From positions 1,600,001 through 1,664,000 of the forward strand of contig CAWJMB010000002.1 in assembly GCA_963843845.1 (NCBI GenBank): 64,000 nucleotides of DNA, in the 5' to 3' direction. The position numbers and the translations under genes were made by a program. The notes below the pieces were generated by a model that was not told the origin of the DNA, made no database searches, and worked only from the letters and a program-made list of their open reading frames with translations. Below are positions 1 through 9,844 of this stretch, piece after piece. Numbering within the stretch: the stretch's first letter is position 1; every line of letters starts with the position of its first letter. This DNA is from an uncultured Gemmatimonadaceae bacterium. Its GTDB lineage: Bacteria; Gemmatimonadota; Gemmatimonadetes; Gemmatimonadales; Gemmatimonadaceae.

Positions 1-52
1 CCCTATCTCACGGTCGGTCTGTCGTTCTGATCCCTCGAGCCCCGCGCGTGGT

Positions 53-556
53 ATGTCGATCGATCCCTCGGCGTTCATTCACCCGCTCGCGTTCGTCTGC
101 GGCAGCGCCACGCTCGGCCCCCGCGCGAGCGTCTGGGCGTACGCCGTCGTGCGCGCCGACAACGACCCCATCGTCATCGGCGCCGACACGAACGTCCAGG
201 ACGGTGCGGTGCTGCACACCGATCCCGGGCTCGTCTGCTCGCTCGGTGACCGCGTCGTCGTGGGGCACCGCGCGATCGTGCACGGCGCGACGGTGCACGA
301 CGACGTGTTGATCGGCATGGGCGCCGTCGTCCTGAATCGCGCCGAGATCGGGAGCGGGTCGATCATCGGCGCGGGGGCCGTCGTGTCCGAGGGGACGATC
401 ATCCCCCCGAATTCGCTCGTGATGGGCGTTCCGGCGCGGGTGGTGCGCGCGACGACCGACGAGCAACGGGCGGGGATTCGCCTCGGCGTCCGCGCGTACG
501 TCGACCTGCAGACGCGGCACGCGGCCGGCGAATTTCCTCGCCACACGACGGCGTAG
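53..556 (+). CDS. gamma-class carbonic anhydrase family protein (hexapeptide repeat)
   Basis: Motifs 'VVRADNDPIVIGADTNVQDGAVLH' and 'VGHRAIVHGATV' carry the metal-binding His residues typical of the YrdA/CaiE/PaaY family. Confidence 0.9.
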   Translation: MSIDPSAFIHPLAFVCGSATLGPRASVWAYAVVRADNDPIVIGADTNVQDGAVLHTDPGLVCSLGDRVVVGHRAIVHGATVHDDVLIGMGAVVLNRAEIGSGSIIGAGAVVSEGTIIPPNSLVMGVPARVVRATTDEQRAGIRLGVRAYVDLQTRHAAGEFPRHTTA

Positions 557-657
557 CGACGGCACGCCACATGCTCCACGTGTTAGCGAGCAACGACCGG
601 CAGTCGCCGCTTCTCCACAGGCCAATCTGGCACGGCCCGACCGCCAGAAAATCCGTA

Positions 658-686
658 TTGTGCTTGTGAGCAAGCGGCCCTAGAAT
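658..686 (+). promoter_or_regulatory. putative sigma70 promoter of nrdJ
   Basis: TTGTGC (658-663), 17-nt spacer, TAGAAT (681-686), in an AT-richer intergenic region. Confidence 0.55.
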
Positions 687-805
687 CCGCTCCCCTCGCC
701 AGAGTTTCCGCGACGCGCAGCGCCCCTCGGCTGCGGACGGTCGCCACCGATATGCTCGCGCACGCCGCACGTTACACCTTCGAGTCACCGATGGAGAGTC
801 GTCGC

Positions 806-3337
806 ATGCCACTGTCGCCCACACCTCCGGCCATCCCCGCACAGCTGAACCAGAACGCCCGCACCGTCCTCGCGAAGCGGTATCTCGTGAAGGATGCGAG
901 CGGCACGCCGACCGAGACGCCCGAAGACATGTTCTGGCGCGTCGCCACGGTCGTCGCGGAGGCCGACCGCCGCTACGGCGCGAGCGACGCCCAGGTGCAG
1001 GCGCTGGCCGAGGAGTTCTACGCGCTGATGACCCAGCGCCGCTTCGAGCCGAACTCGCCGACGCTCATGAACGCCGGCCGCCCGCTCGGCCAGCTCTCCG
1101 CGTGCTTCGTGCTGCCGGTCGAGGACGCGCTCTCGAACGGACAGAACGGGATCTACGACACGCTCCGCTCGATGGCGCTCATCCACCAGAGCGGCGGCGG
1201 CACCGGCTTCGGGTTCAGCCGGCTGCGTGGCAAGGGGAGCATGGTGCGCTCGACCACCGGCGTCGCGAGCGGGCCCGTGTCGTTCATGAAGCTCTACGAC
1301 GCGAGCACCGATGCGGTGAAGCAGGGAGGCACCCGGCGCGGCGCGAACATGGGGATCCTGCGCGTCGACCACCCGGACGTGCTCGACTTCATCAGCTGCA
1401 AGGAAGACCTCACCCAGGTCACGAACTTCAACATCTCCGTGGCGATCACGGAGAAGTTCATGCAGGCGCTCCACGCCGGCACGTCGTACGACCTGATCGA
1501 GCCGTCGAGCGGCCGGACGGTCGGGCAGCTCGACGCGCGTGAGGTGTGGGACAAGATGGTGCTCGGCGCGTGGCGCACCGGCGAGCCGGGCGTGTTCTTC
1601 GTCGACGAGGCGAACCGCTACAACCCGGTGCCGCACCTCGGCGCGTACGAGGCGACGAACCCGTGTGGCGAGCAGCCGCTGCTTCCGTACGACGTCTGCA
1701 ACCTCGGCTCGGTGAACGTCGGCTGGTACGTCGAGAACGGCGTCGTCGACTGGGAGGCGATGGGGCGCGACATCCGCACCTCGACGCACTTCCTCGACAA
1801 CATCATCGACGTCAACAAGTACCCGCTGCCGGAGATCGACGCGCTCTCGAAGCGCATCCGCCGCATCGGCCTGGGCGTCATGGGCTTCGCGGACATGCTC
1901 GTCCGCATGGGCATCCCCTACGACACGCCGGAAGGGGTCGAGATGGGGCGCCGCGTGATGGAGTTCCTCGATGTCGAGTGGAAGAAGGAGAGCGAGCGCC
2001 TCGCCAACGAGCGGGGCCCGTTCCCCGAGTGGGCGCGCTCGATCTGGGGCCCCGACGAGACCTGTGCCCGCGACGCGAGCGGCCAGCGCATCCGCCCGAT
2101 GCAGCTGCTCCGCAACTGCAACGTCACGACGGTCGCGCCGACCGGCACGATCAGCATCATCGCCGGCTGCGCGTCGGGCCTCGAGCCGCTGTTCGCCGTC
2201 GCGTTCATGCGCAACCAGGCGGGCGTCATGATGCCCGACGTGAACGAGGACTTCGTCGCCATCGCGCAGCGGGAGGGGTGGTACTCGGAGGCGCTCATGG
2301 AGCGCATCGCGAAGACCGGCTCGGTGCAGCACCCCGAAGTGCCGGAGCGGTGGCAGCGCGTCTTCGTCACGGCGAACGCCATCTCGCCCGAGATGCACGT
2401 CCGCATGCAGGCCGCCTTCCAGCAGCACTGCGACTCGGCGATCTCCAAGACGACGAACTTCGCCGGCTCGGCGACGGTCGAGGACGTCCGGGCGATCTAC
2501 GAGCTGGCGTATCAGCTCAAGTGCAAGGGCGTCACCGTCTACCGCGACGGCTCGCGCGACGGCCAGGTGCTGTCGACCGGCGCGACCGAGCAGGCGAAGA
2601 AGGAGCGCGAGAAGGGGAGCGCGCCGGTGTCGGCCGAGGCGGGCGCCGCGCCAGTGGGTGACGCCGGCGTGCTCAAGCGCGAAGTCGGCGAGCTGCGCGG
2701 CACGATCGCCGAGCTCGAGGCCGAGCTCGAGCGCACGAAGAAGAACCTGTACGACGCCGAAGCCGAGAACACGCAGCGTCGCGCCAAGCGCGCGCGCCCC
2801 GACACGCTCCGCTCGACCTCGAAGCGCAAGGAGACGCCGTTAGGCACCATGTTCGTCCACATCTCCGAGGACGACCGCGGCCAGCCGTTCGACGTCTTCC
2901 TCAACCTCGGCAAGGCCGGCGGGTCGGCGATGGCCGACGCGGAAGCGATGGGCCGGCTCGTCTCGCTCGCGCTCCGCTCGGGGATCCCGCTTCCGGAGAT
3001 CACCGCCAGCTCCGCGGCATCTCGTCCGATCGCGCGGTGGGCCTCGGCCCGAACAAGGTGCTGTCGATGCCGGATGCCGTCGGCATCGCGCTGAACGAGT
3101 GGGCGCGCGAGAAGCAGGGCGTGCAGCAGGACCTGCTCTCGATCCCGACGCCGCGTGTCCGCGATGCCCGCGATCTCCGCCGCGCCGACGATGGATGGCG
3201 GTCAGATGCAGCTGGCGGCCGAGTCGTACGACAGCGGGCAGGCGTTCATCGGGACGTGCCCGGATTGCGGCAGTCAGCTCGAGATGGCGGAAGGGTGCGC
3301 GAAGTGCCACGTGTGCGGATTCTCGGAGTGCGGCTGA
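806..3337 (+). CDS. nrdJ: vitamin B12-dependent (class II) ribonucleotide reductase with C-terminal TSCPD-like and Zn-ribbon domains; frameshifted near 3002 and 3150
   Basis: Motifs PNSPTLMNAG, QLSACFV, GGTRRGANM, ATNPCGEQ, CNLGS, APTGTIS, KGVTVYRDGSR. The C-terminus continues in other frames to CPDCG...CHVCGFSECG*. GGAG precedes ATG 806. Confidence 0.93.
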
Positions 3338-3356
3338 ACCCGGGAGTCACGCGATG

Positions 3357-3552
3357 GTGCTACAGCGAGTCGCGGAGGTATTCGCTGTAGTGCTCGACGG
3401 AAGGAACGGAATGAACAGAAGAGATGACCCGAGCAGGTCTTCTGTACCTTCCGTTCCTTCCGTCGAGAACGCTCGCGCCGAGCGCGAACCGCTGTGACAG
3501 GACGGGCCCGGTGCGACAGGATCGCACCGGGCCCGCGTCACATGTCACGGCG
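3357..3552. repeat. three tandem inverted repeats between convergent genes (REP-like element and/or terminators)
   Basis: Hairpin 3357-3393 (14-bp stem including G-U pairs). Hairpin 3393-3467 (CTCGACGGAAGGAACGGAA / TTCCGTTCCTTCCGTCGAG plus ACAGAAGA/TCTTCTGT). Hairpin 3490-3552 (CGGGCCCGGTGCGA / TCGCACCGGGCCCG). Confidence 0.85.
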
Positions 3553-3564
3553 CGATCAGACTCG

Positions 3565-6000
3565 TCACACCCGCCGCCACAGGTAGCTCATCTTCACGAA
3601 GAACGCGTCGCGCACGCGGTCGAACTGCGCGAAGCGCAACTGCTGCGGCTCCGACAGCGTGCTCCCGTAGCCGACGAACACACGGTCCCCGGCACGGCAG
3701 GTACGAGAACAATCCCTCCGGCCGGAACGTGTTGACGTGACTTCGCCCGCCCCGTCACCGTCGAGAAGCCGCGCCCCTGCACGTAGCCGCGCGCTCGTCT
3801 GCAGAGAATCGGGCTCCCGGAGCCGCCGACGTCGCGCAGATCGTCGGCGTAGTCCGCGCGATACTCGGCGAGCGCGCGCACGAACAGCCACGCGCGAGAC
3901 TGGTACTCGACCCGGATGCGCGGGATGCGCGTCTCGCCGGCCAGCGATACCGTCGGTCGGCGCGTCCGTACCATTGCCACACGTACGTGCCGTCGACGCG
4001 AAGCTGCTCGCGTCGGGCGCCAGTCGAGGCCGGCCGTCGACGAGCCGATGTTCGCCGGCGCCCACTCGAAGAAGTTCTCGTCGCGACCCCGAGATGTACT
4101 GAGGTTCGCCGAGAGCGTCCGGAAGTTCGGCGTCGTCAGTGACAGCGACGTAGTCGCGGTTCGTGATGCGCTGCAGTCCCACGAACGGCACCGTGTCGCT
4201 CCGCGCGCCGAGGGTCCGCACGATGTAGCGGTTGGCGTACAGCGCGGGGTCGTAGCCGAACGCTTCCAGCAGGAACGAGGCGCCGACGCGCCACCCGCCG
4301 CTGCAGCTCGTGTTCGCGTTGAAGTGCAGCTTCTTCTCGAGCATGTCGTCGCCGTGCACGAACTGCATCGTACTTCCAGAGCCCGTCGCGATTGATGTCG
4401 AACGACGAGCTCTGGAACAGGGCCTCCTTCGTGCCGTAGGCCTTGAGCGTGTGGTCGCACGACGAGGTTGGCGACCGCGGGGCGATTGATGAAGCCGGCG
4501 TCGGTCTGGAAGTCGGTCGAGATCGCGTTGAGCGAGTAGCGCGTCGCGAACGTGCGGCCCGCGCGGCGCAGATCGACGTTGAAGAGCGGGCCGACGCGCG
4601 CCGGGGTGCCGGGCGTCGACGTCGAGCTGAGCGCGCCCTGCGCCTGCGGCTGATAGATCTTGCGCCAGACGATGCGGCCGTCGACCCCGCCGACGTGGTT
4701 CGCGAACCCCGCTTCGCTGCGCGTCGTGTACACGCCGCCGACGCGCGACGAGCGGCCGAGGTCGCGCTGCACGCGCAGCAGTCCGAACACCGCGTTGTCG
4801 GGGGAGCTCCGGTCGAACGACGCCGATTTGTCGTCGACCGCGGCGAGCGTGGCGAAGTTCACCCCCGCCGCCTTGCCGGCGACTTTCGTCGCGGCCAGCG
4901 GGGCCGCGATGCGGCGCGTGTAGATGAGCTGATTCGGGACGGCGAACTGCTCGATCCCGTCGAGGAAGAACGGCCGCCGTTCGGCGAAGAAGAGCGACTG
5001 GCGCGGATCGAACACGACCTGGCCGGCGTCCGACTCGACCTCGGCGAAGTCCGGGCGGATCGTCGCGTTCAGCGTGACGTTGTTCGTGATCCCCCACCGA
5101 ACGTTACCGCCGACCCGTGGGTCGCTGCGCACGTAGCGGTACTCGGGCGCGGCCACCGGCGCCCCGACGACCGGCGAGGCGATGACCGGTGCGCCGCGCA
5201 GGTGCGCCGTGACGACCGGGTTGAGGTCGAGCACGATGCCGCGGTGCAGGTCGGTGAGGCCGGTGAGATGCCCCGACTGCGCGAGGTACGACGCGGCGTC
5301 GCGCTGCGCGGGCGACCCAGCTGTACTCGTAGCCGCGGCTCTGCACGACGCGGATGACGTTGATGCCCCACGTCTGCGTCGGCGCCGACTGGTAGCGCAG
5401 GCTCTTGAACGGGATGCGGATCTCGACCTCGTAGCCGAAGTCGGTGAGCGTGCCCCTTGGACTGGAACACGTAGTCCGGACTGACGTCGGTCGGCTCGCG
5501 ACCGCCCTGGATGCCGCCGAACCCTCCGCCGCCCCGACCGCCCGCGTCTCGACGACGATGCCGTCGCCCTGGATGCCTAACGGGTTGACGGCGAACACCG
5601 ACGCCTGCCGCCCGTCGTTGAACGTGCCGAGGAAGAAGCCGAGGTAGTCGCCGTTGTAGATCTTGTCGCGGTCCGCGAGCACCGCGCGCACCGTCCCCGG
5701 CTCGGCGTAGGCGCGCACGCCGAAGTGGATCGCGGTCGGCGAGTACCAGACGAGCACCTCGGTCGAATCGTCCGCGGCGACGCCGTCGGTGGGGGCGTAG
5801 CGCGAGAACCCGGTGAGGCGCGCCGCCTTCGCCCAGACGGCCTCGTTCAGGTTGCCGTCGATCGTCGCCTCGGACTCGACGCGCGGGATGTCGACGTCGG
5901 TCTGGCCGGTGCGGCCGTCGAACGTCGGCGGGGCGAGGTGCGGCGGGGCAGACGACGCGGCGAGGCAGCACGCCGCGACGAGAGAGGGGAGAAACGGCAT
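3565..6000 (-). CDS. DUF5916 / CBM9-like domain outer-membrane protein; several frameshifts
   Basis: Signal peptide, 'ATIDGNLNEAVW', 'GYEVEIRIPFKSLRY', 'LNATIRPDFAEVESD', 'ERRPFFLDG' and C-terminal 'FFVKMSYLWR', spread over ORFs 5104-6000, 3594-5234 and 3565-5097. Confidence 0.8.
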
Positions 6001-6110
6001 GGGGCGGGCGTCGCGAGGACGGAAGGGTGGGTCGTCGAAGGTACGCGCTCGCGGTGCCGTGCGCCTCGGACGTGGGGCGACCTGTCAGGATCCTGACGCC
6101 AGTCGTGCGG

Positions 6111-7766
6111 TCAGGGCGGCATGTTCGGCACGCCGATCAGCGCGTTGTGCAGATCGACGCCGCTCCGGTACCGGTCGGAAGGCGACCGCCCGAGACATCG
6201 CTGCACCACGGCCTCGAGCATCGGCGTCACGCTCGCGCGCCGCGCGATCACCGACGGGACCGGTGCCGTGAACTTCGCGTTCAGCATGTTCACCGGGTTC
6301 GGGCTCGCGTATGGCACCTCGCCGGTCAGCATCTCGAACAGGATGCAGCCGAGGCTGTAGACGTCGGCGCGTGCGTCGATGCTCGCGCTGTCGCCGGTGA
6401 GCTGTTCTGGGCTCTGGTAGGCCGGCGAGCCCATGCGGATCGTCGCCGACGTGCGGTCGCGCGTCGTCGCGCGGCGGAGCGCCTCCGCGATGCCGAGCCC
6501 CGCGACGACGGCGCCGTTCGGGGTGACATGCACGTGCTTCGGGCGGAGGTCGCCGTGCAGCACGCCGCGCTCGTGCGCGTGGGCGAGCGCCGACGCGACA
6601 CCGCGCGCGATGCTCAACGCGTCCGGAACGGGGAGCTGTCGCTCGCGCGCGAGATGATCGCGCAGCGAGGGCCCGTTCGGGCGCGCCGTGACGTAGTAGA
6701 CCACGCCGTCGGCGACGCCGTGCTCGAGCAGACGCGCGACATGCGCGCTGTCGAGCGTCGTGAGTCGGCCGAGCTGCGCGTCGAGCGTGTCGAGGTCGGC
6801 GAGCGAACCCATGTTCGCGCCGACGACGTGGATGTCGACCGCCACGTTGTGCGATCGGTCGTATGCCTCGTAGCCGTCCCCACCGCCGGTCGCGGAGAGC
6901 GGCTTCCGGACGTCGATGTCGTAGCGCGCGCCGACCGCCCGCTGCAGCCACCCGAGCTGGCGGTCGCGCGCCTCGGCGGACGCAGCGCCACCGCCGATGC
7001 GAACGCCCGTCGTCGGGGTCGACGTCGCGGCCGCCGGGCGTGGCGGGCTATCGACGACGCCGGCGCGTAGCGCGTCGCGCAGGGCGACGACGTCGGCGTC
7101 CGGGTCGGTCCCCAGCTCCTCCCGGACGACCGCGGTGTGCACGCCGAAGAACTGCAGCGCGCCGGTGCGGTCGCCGGCGTCGGCGAGCGCCCGCATGAGC
7201 GCGACGGCATAGCGCGCGCTCACCGGATGCTCGGCGGCGAGCCGGCGCCACCAGGCGATGGCGCCCGTCTGGTCGCCGCGTGCAGCGCAGTCGCGCGCCA
7301 ACGTTTCGAGCGACGTCGTGTGGACGCCGGCATAGACCGCGCGCTGCGCGTCGGCCCACCGGTCGAACTCGGGCGCGTCCGGCACGTGAAAGCCGTCGAG
7401 GAACGTCCCTTTGTAGAGCGCCGCCACGCGCTGGTGCGCGCCGCTCTCGTGCGCCTCGGCGAGCTCGTAGACGTCGGAGGTCATCACGGACGGGTCGAGC
7501 TGGAGCGTCGTCGTGCCGACGAACAGATGCTCGCGCGCGACCGCCTGCTGGATGGCGTGCAGCGCCTGCCTCAGCGCGTGGCGTCCGCGCTCGGTGTCGG
7601 AGTCCGGCCAGAGATAGCCGAGGAGCTTGTCGCGGCTCACGGCGCGCGGACCCGCGGCGGCGACGAGGACGAGGAGCGCGATGCGTCGGCGCTGGCTCGC
7701 GCCGCCGGTGTGGGGAACACCGTCGTCGCGGAGCGACACGCCGCCAAAGGTCGTCAGACGGAGCAC
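6111..7766 (-). CDS. SARP/BTAD transcriptional-activator domain fused to a degenerate Ser/Thr kinase domain
   Basis: N-terminus 'LRLTTFGG...SRDKLLGYLWPDSDTERGRHALRQAL...LYKGTFLDGFHVPDAPEFDRW' is BTAD-like. C-terminus 'GSPAYQSPEQ...DARADVYSLGCILFEMLTGEVPY' is a kinase C-lobe. Start placed at GTG 7766. Confidence 0.85.
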   Translation of the reverse strand: MLRLTTFGGVSLRDDGVPHTGGASQRRRIALLVLVAAAGPRAVSRDKLLGYLWPDSDTERGRHALRQALHAIQQAVAREHLFVGTTTLQLDPSVMTSDVYELAEAHESGAHQRVAALYKGTFLDGFHVPDAPEFDRWADAQRAVYAGVHTTSLETLARDCAARGDQTGAIAWWRRLAAEHPVSARYAVALMRALADAGDRTGALQFFGVHTAVVREELGTDPDADVVALRDALRAGVVDSPPRPAAATSTPTTGVRIGGGAASAEARDRQLGWLQRAVGARYDIDVRKPLSATGGGDGYEAYDRSHNVAVDIHVVGANMGSLADLDTLDAQLGRLTTLDSAHVARLLEHGVADGVVYYVTARPNGPSLRDHLARERQLPVPDALSIARGVASALAHAHERGVLHGDLRPKHVHVTPNGAVVAGLGIAEALRRATTRDRTSATIRMGSPAYQSPEQLTGDSASIDARADVYSLGCILFEMLTGEVPYASPNPVNMLNAKFTAPVPSVIARRASVTPMLEAVVQRCLGRSPSDRYRSGVDLHNALIGVPNMPP

Positions 7767-7925
7767 GCGGGGGGCACGGAAGGAGGACAGGTCGTCGCCC
7801 AAAGATATGCGTAGGTGACGCGCTGGTGACGCTCCAGTGACTCTCCGGACGCATGATGCGCTTCGTTCGCGGCGCGATCGGCGCGTCCCGGGAGCGCGAC
7901 ACCACGCGAAGTCCCGCAGTCGATG

Positions 7926-8012
7926 CAGCTGCCGCCGTCGCCGTCGCCGTCGCCGTCGTCCCTGTCGCAGTCTCAGTCGCGGTCGCAGTCGTGGCTGCCG
8001 TGGTCGCTGCCG
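7926..8012. repeat. degenerate hexamer tandem repeat (GCCGTC/GCAGTC-type)
   Basis: gccgtc gccgtc gccgtc gccgtc gtccct gtcgca gtctca gtcgcg gtcgca gtcgtg..., lying in a divergent intergenic region. Confidence 0.7.
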
Positions 8013-8214
8013 TTCCAACCGCGCGTCGCGTGCGAAGCCCCCCGCCGCGGCACGCGGACCGCACTGCTCGTCGCTCCCGCCGGCGCATCCGTGACTGCGC
8101 CGGCGGGAGCGACGTGTGCGTATCGGCCGGAGCCGGAGTGTTGGAGAATCGGCGCGGGCGGCACGAATCGCGCTTCAGGTGACGGGCAGCCCGTGTCCCC
8201 GCGTCCAGGAGCCG

Positions 8215-9393
8215 ATGAGCAGCACCGCCGCCGAGAGCGTCCCGCACAGATTGGCGCACGCCGCCGACGAGTTCCTCGCGGCGGTCGAGCAGGCGCTGCA
8301 GCTTCCCGACCGCCCCGAGAGCTGGTGGCACCGCGCCGGCATCTCGCCGCGCGCCGAGCGGTGGCTCGAGGTCGTGTCGTCGATCGTGCTCGGACTGCTC
8401 ACGGTCGCGTGGTGCTGGACGATCGCGACCGCGCGCGGTGCCGACGGGGCCGCGAGCGAAGGCGCGCTCGTGACGCCGGCGACACGGGCGGTCACGAGCG
8501 CGCTCACGAACTCGTCGGCGCCCGCCGCGGCCTACCTGCTGGACGCGACGCTCGACGCGCTGACGCCGCTGCGCGGCGCGAGCGGGCGCGTCCGCATCGT
8601 GCAGCGCGCGCCGGGCGATTCGCTCGATGCGGCGCTCCCCGCCGGCGCGCGCATCGAGACGGCGACGACGACGGGGATCGTGCAGCTGGCGGTTCGCGTG
8701 CGCGAACTCGTGCGCCCGGTCAGCGGGTTGAACGTCGTGACGCTCACACCGCTGACGGAGCGGCGTGGCGGCAAGATCGGCCTCTACTACATCGGGAGCT
8801 GGCCGACGGAGCGCCGGGGCGCCGTGCTTCCCGCGAGGGCCCCGGCTGATCGCTACGCCCCGCCGGCGGGCCTCATCGAGGTCACGCGCGAGAATCAGGA
8901 CACGCCGCTCTCGGATCACTTGCGGCTGCGCGACTTCCTGACGCACGACCAGGCGAACGTCTGGCCGAAGTACGTCGTCGTGCAGTCGCGGATCATCGAC
9001 AAGGACGAGCTGGTGCTCGCCGACCTCGAAACGCGCGGCATTCCGTCGCACGGCATGCACGTGATGAGCGGCTTCCGCACACCGTCGTACAACGCCGGCG
9101 GCGGCGACCGGACCGGCCGCGCCGGGCTGAGTCGCCACATGTACGGCGACGCGAACGACATGTGGATCGACAACGATGGCAACGGTCGGATGGACGACCT
9201 GAACCACGACGGCCGGGTCGACATCCGCGATGCCCACGTCGTCTGCGAGGCCGTCGAGCGGGTGGAGCGTGAGCACCCCGACCTCGTCGGCGGGTGCGGC
9301 GTCTATCCGGGCAACGACGTGCACGGCCCGTTCGCACACATCGACGCGCGCGGCTATCGTGCGCGCTGGACGGGCGGCCCGAACGGAGGATGA
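8215..9393 (+). CDS. membrane-anchored peptidase M15A-like (D-Ala-D-Ala carboxypeptidase family) metallopeptidase
   Basis: N-terminal TM segment, 'MSGFRTPSYN', 'SRHMYGDAND' (HxxxxxxD) and 'HIDARG'. AGGAG precedes the ATG. Confidence 0.8.
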   Translation: MSSTAAESVPHRLAHAADEFLAAVEQALQLPDRPESWWHRAGISPRAERWLEVVSSIVLGLLTVAWCWTIATARGADGAASEGALVTPATRAVTSALTNSSAPAAAYLLDATLDALTPLRGASGRVRIVQRAPGDSLDAALPAGARIETATTTGIVQLAVRVRELVRPVSGLNVVTLTPLTERRGGKIGLYYIGSWPTERRGAVLPARAPADRYAPPAGLIEVTRENQDTPLSDHLRLRDFLTHDQANVWPKYVVVQSRIIDKDELVLADLETRGIPSHGMHVMSGFRTPSYNAGGGDRTGRAGLSRHMYGDANDMWIDNDGNGRMDDLNHDGRVDIRDAHVVCEAVERVEREHPDLVGGCGVYPGNDVHGPFAHIDARGYRARWTGGPNGG

Positions 9394-9788
9394 GCGACAT
9401 GACGCCGACGACTGCGAGTGCGACCCCCGCCGGCGCCGAGCCGACGCCCCGCGATCACACCACCGCCGAGCATCGAGCGCGGACCGACCCGCTGTTCCAG
9501 GTGCGTACGGCCGACATCGAGCCGTACACCGGGCTCCGCTATCTCTCGAAGCTCTTTCGCCTGATCGCGATCGTGCTCCTGCTGATGCTCGTCGCCGAGG
9601 TCGTCACCGGCCTCGCTCGGCAGGGACTCGAGGCGCTGCCGACGCTGGTCGCCGAAGTCAGCCGGCTGATCGTGCTCGCCGGACTGCTCTGGGGCGTCGG
9701 CGATCTGGCCGTGCTCCTGGTCGACGTGGGCCACGACGTACGGGCAGTCCGCATCCTGCTCGGCCGGAGCGCGACGCACCCGAAGTGA
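9390..9788 (+). CDS. hypothetical membrane protein (2 TM)
   Basis: ATGA overlap with the upstream stop, two hydrophobic helices, 'EPYTGLRYLSKLFR'. Confidence 0.75.
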   Translation: MSDMTPTTASATPAGAEPTPRDHTTAEHRARTDPLFQVRTADIEPYTGLRYLSKLFRLIAIVLLLMLVAEVVTGLARQGLEALPTLVAEVSRLIVLAGLLWGVGDLAVLLVDVGHDVRAVRILLGRSATHPK

Positions 9789-9792
9789 GGCG

Positions 9793-9840
9793 TTGACGTA
9801 GCAGCCGGATTCGTCTATCCTAGTATCCGGATAGACGAAT
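9793..9840 (+). promoter_or_regulatory. sigma70 promoter with overlapping palindromic operator (probable SahR site)
   Basis: TTGACG (9793-9798), 17 nt, TATCCT (9816-9821). Perfect 12-bp inverted repeat ATTCGTCTATCC / GGATAGACGAAT at 9809-9840. Confidence 0.7.
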
Positions 9841-9844
9841 TCAC

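Noticed and set aside
628..644. Sigma54 promoters at TGGCACG upstream of nrdJ (and at 52122)
   Set aside because: GG-to-GC spacing is not 10 nt in either case.
648..663. NrdR box upstream of nrdJ
   Set aside because: Only the 3' half (TATTGTG) matches and there is no convincing second box. No cobalamin riboswitch seen either.
785..2428. Many long antisense or alternative-frame ORFs (e.g. 785-2428, 16040-18832, 51924-54821, 52121-55903)
   Set aside because: Shadow ORFs expected at high GC; they are Arg/Ala/Pro-rich, carry no motifs, and overlap well-supported genes.
3357..3552. CRISPR array, tRNA or riboswitch
   Set aside because: No direct repeats with spacers, no cloverleaf or T-loop, and it lies between 3' ends of convergent genes.
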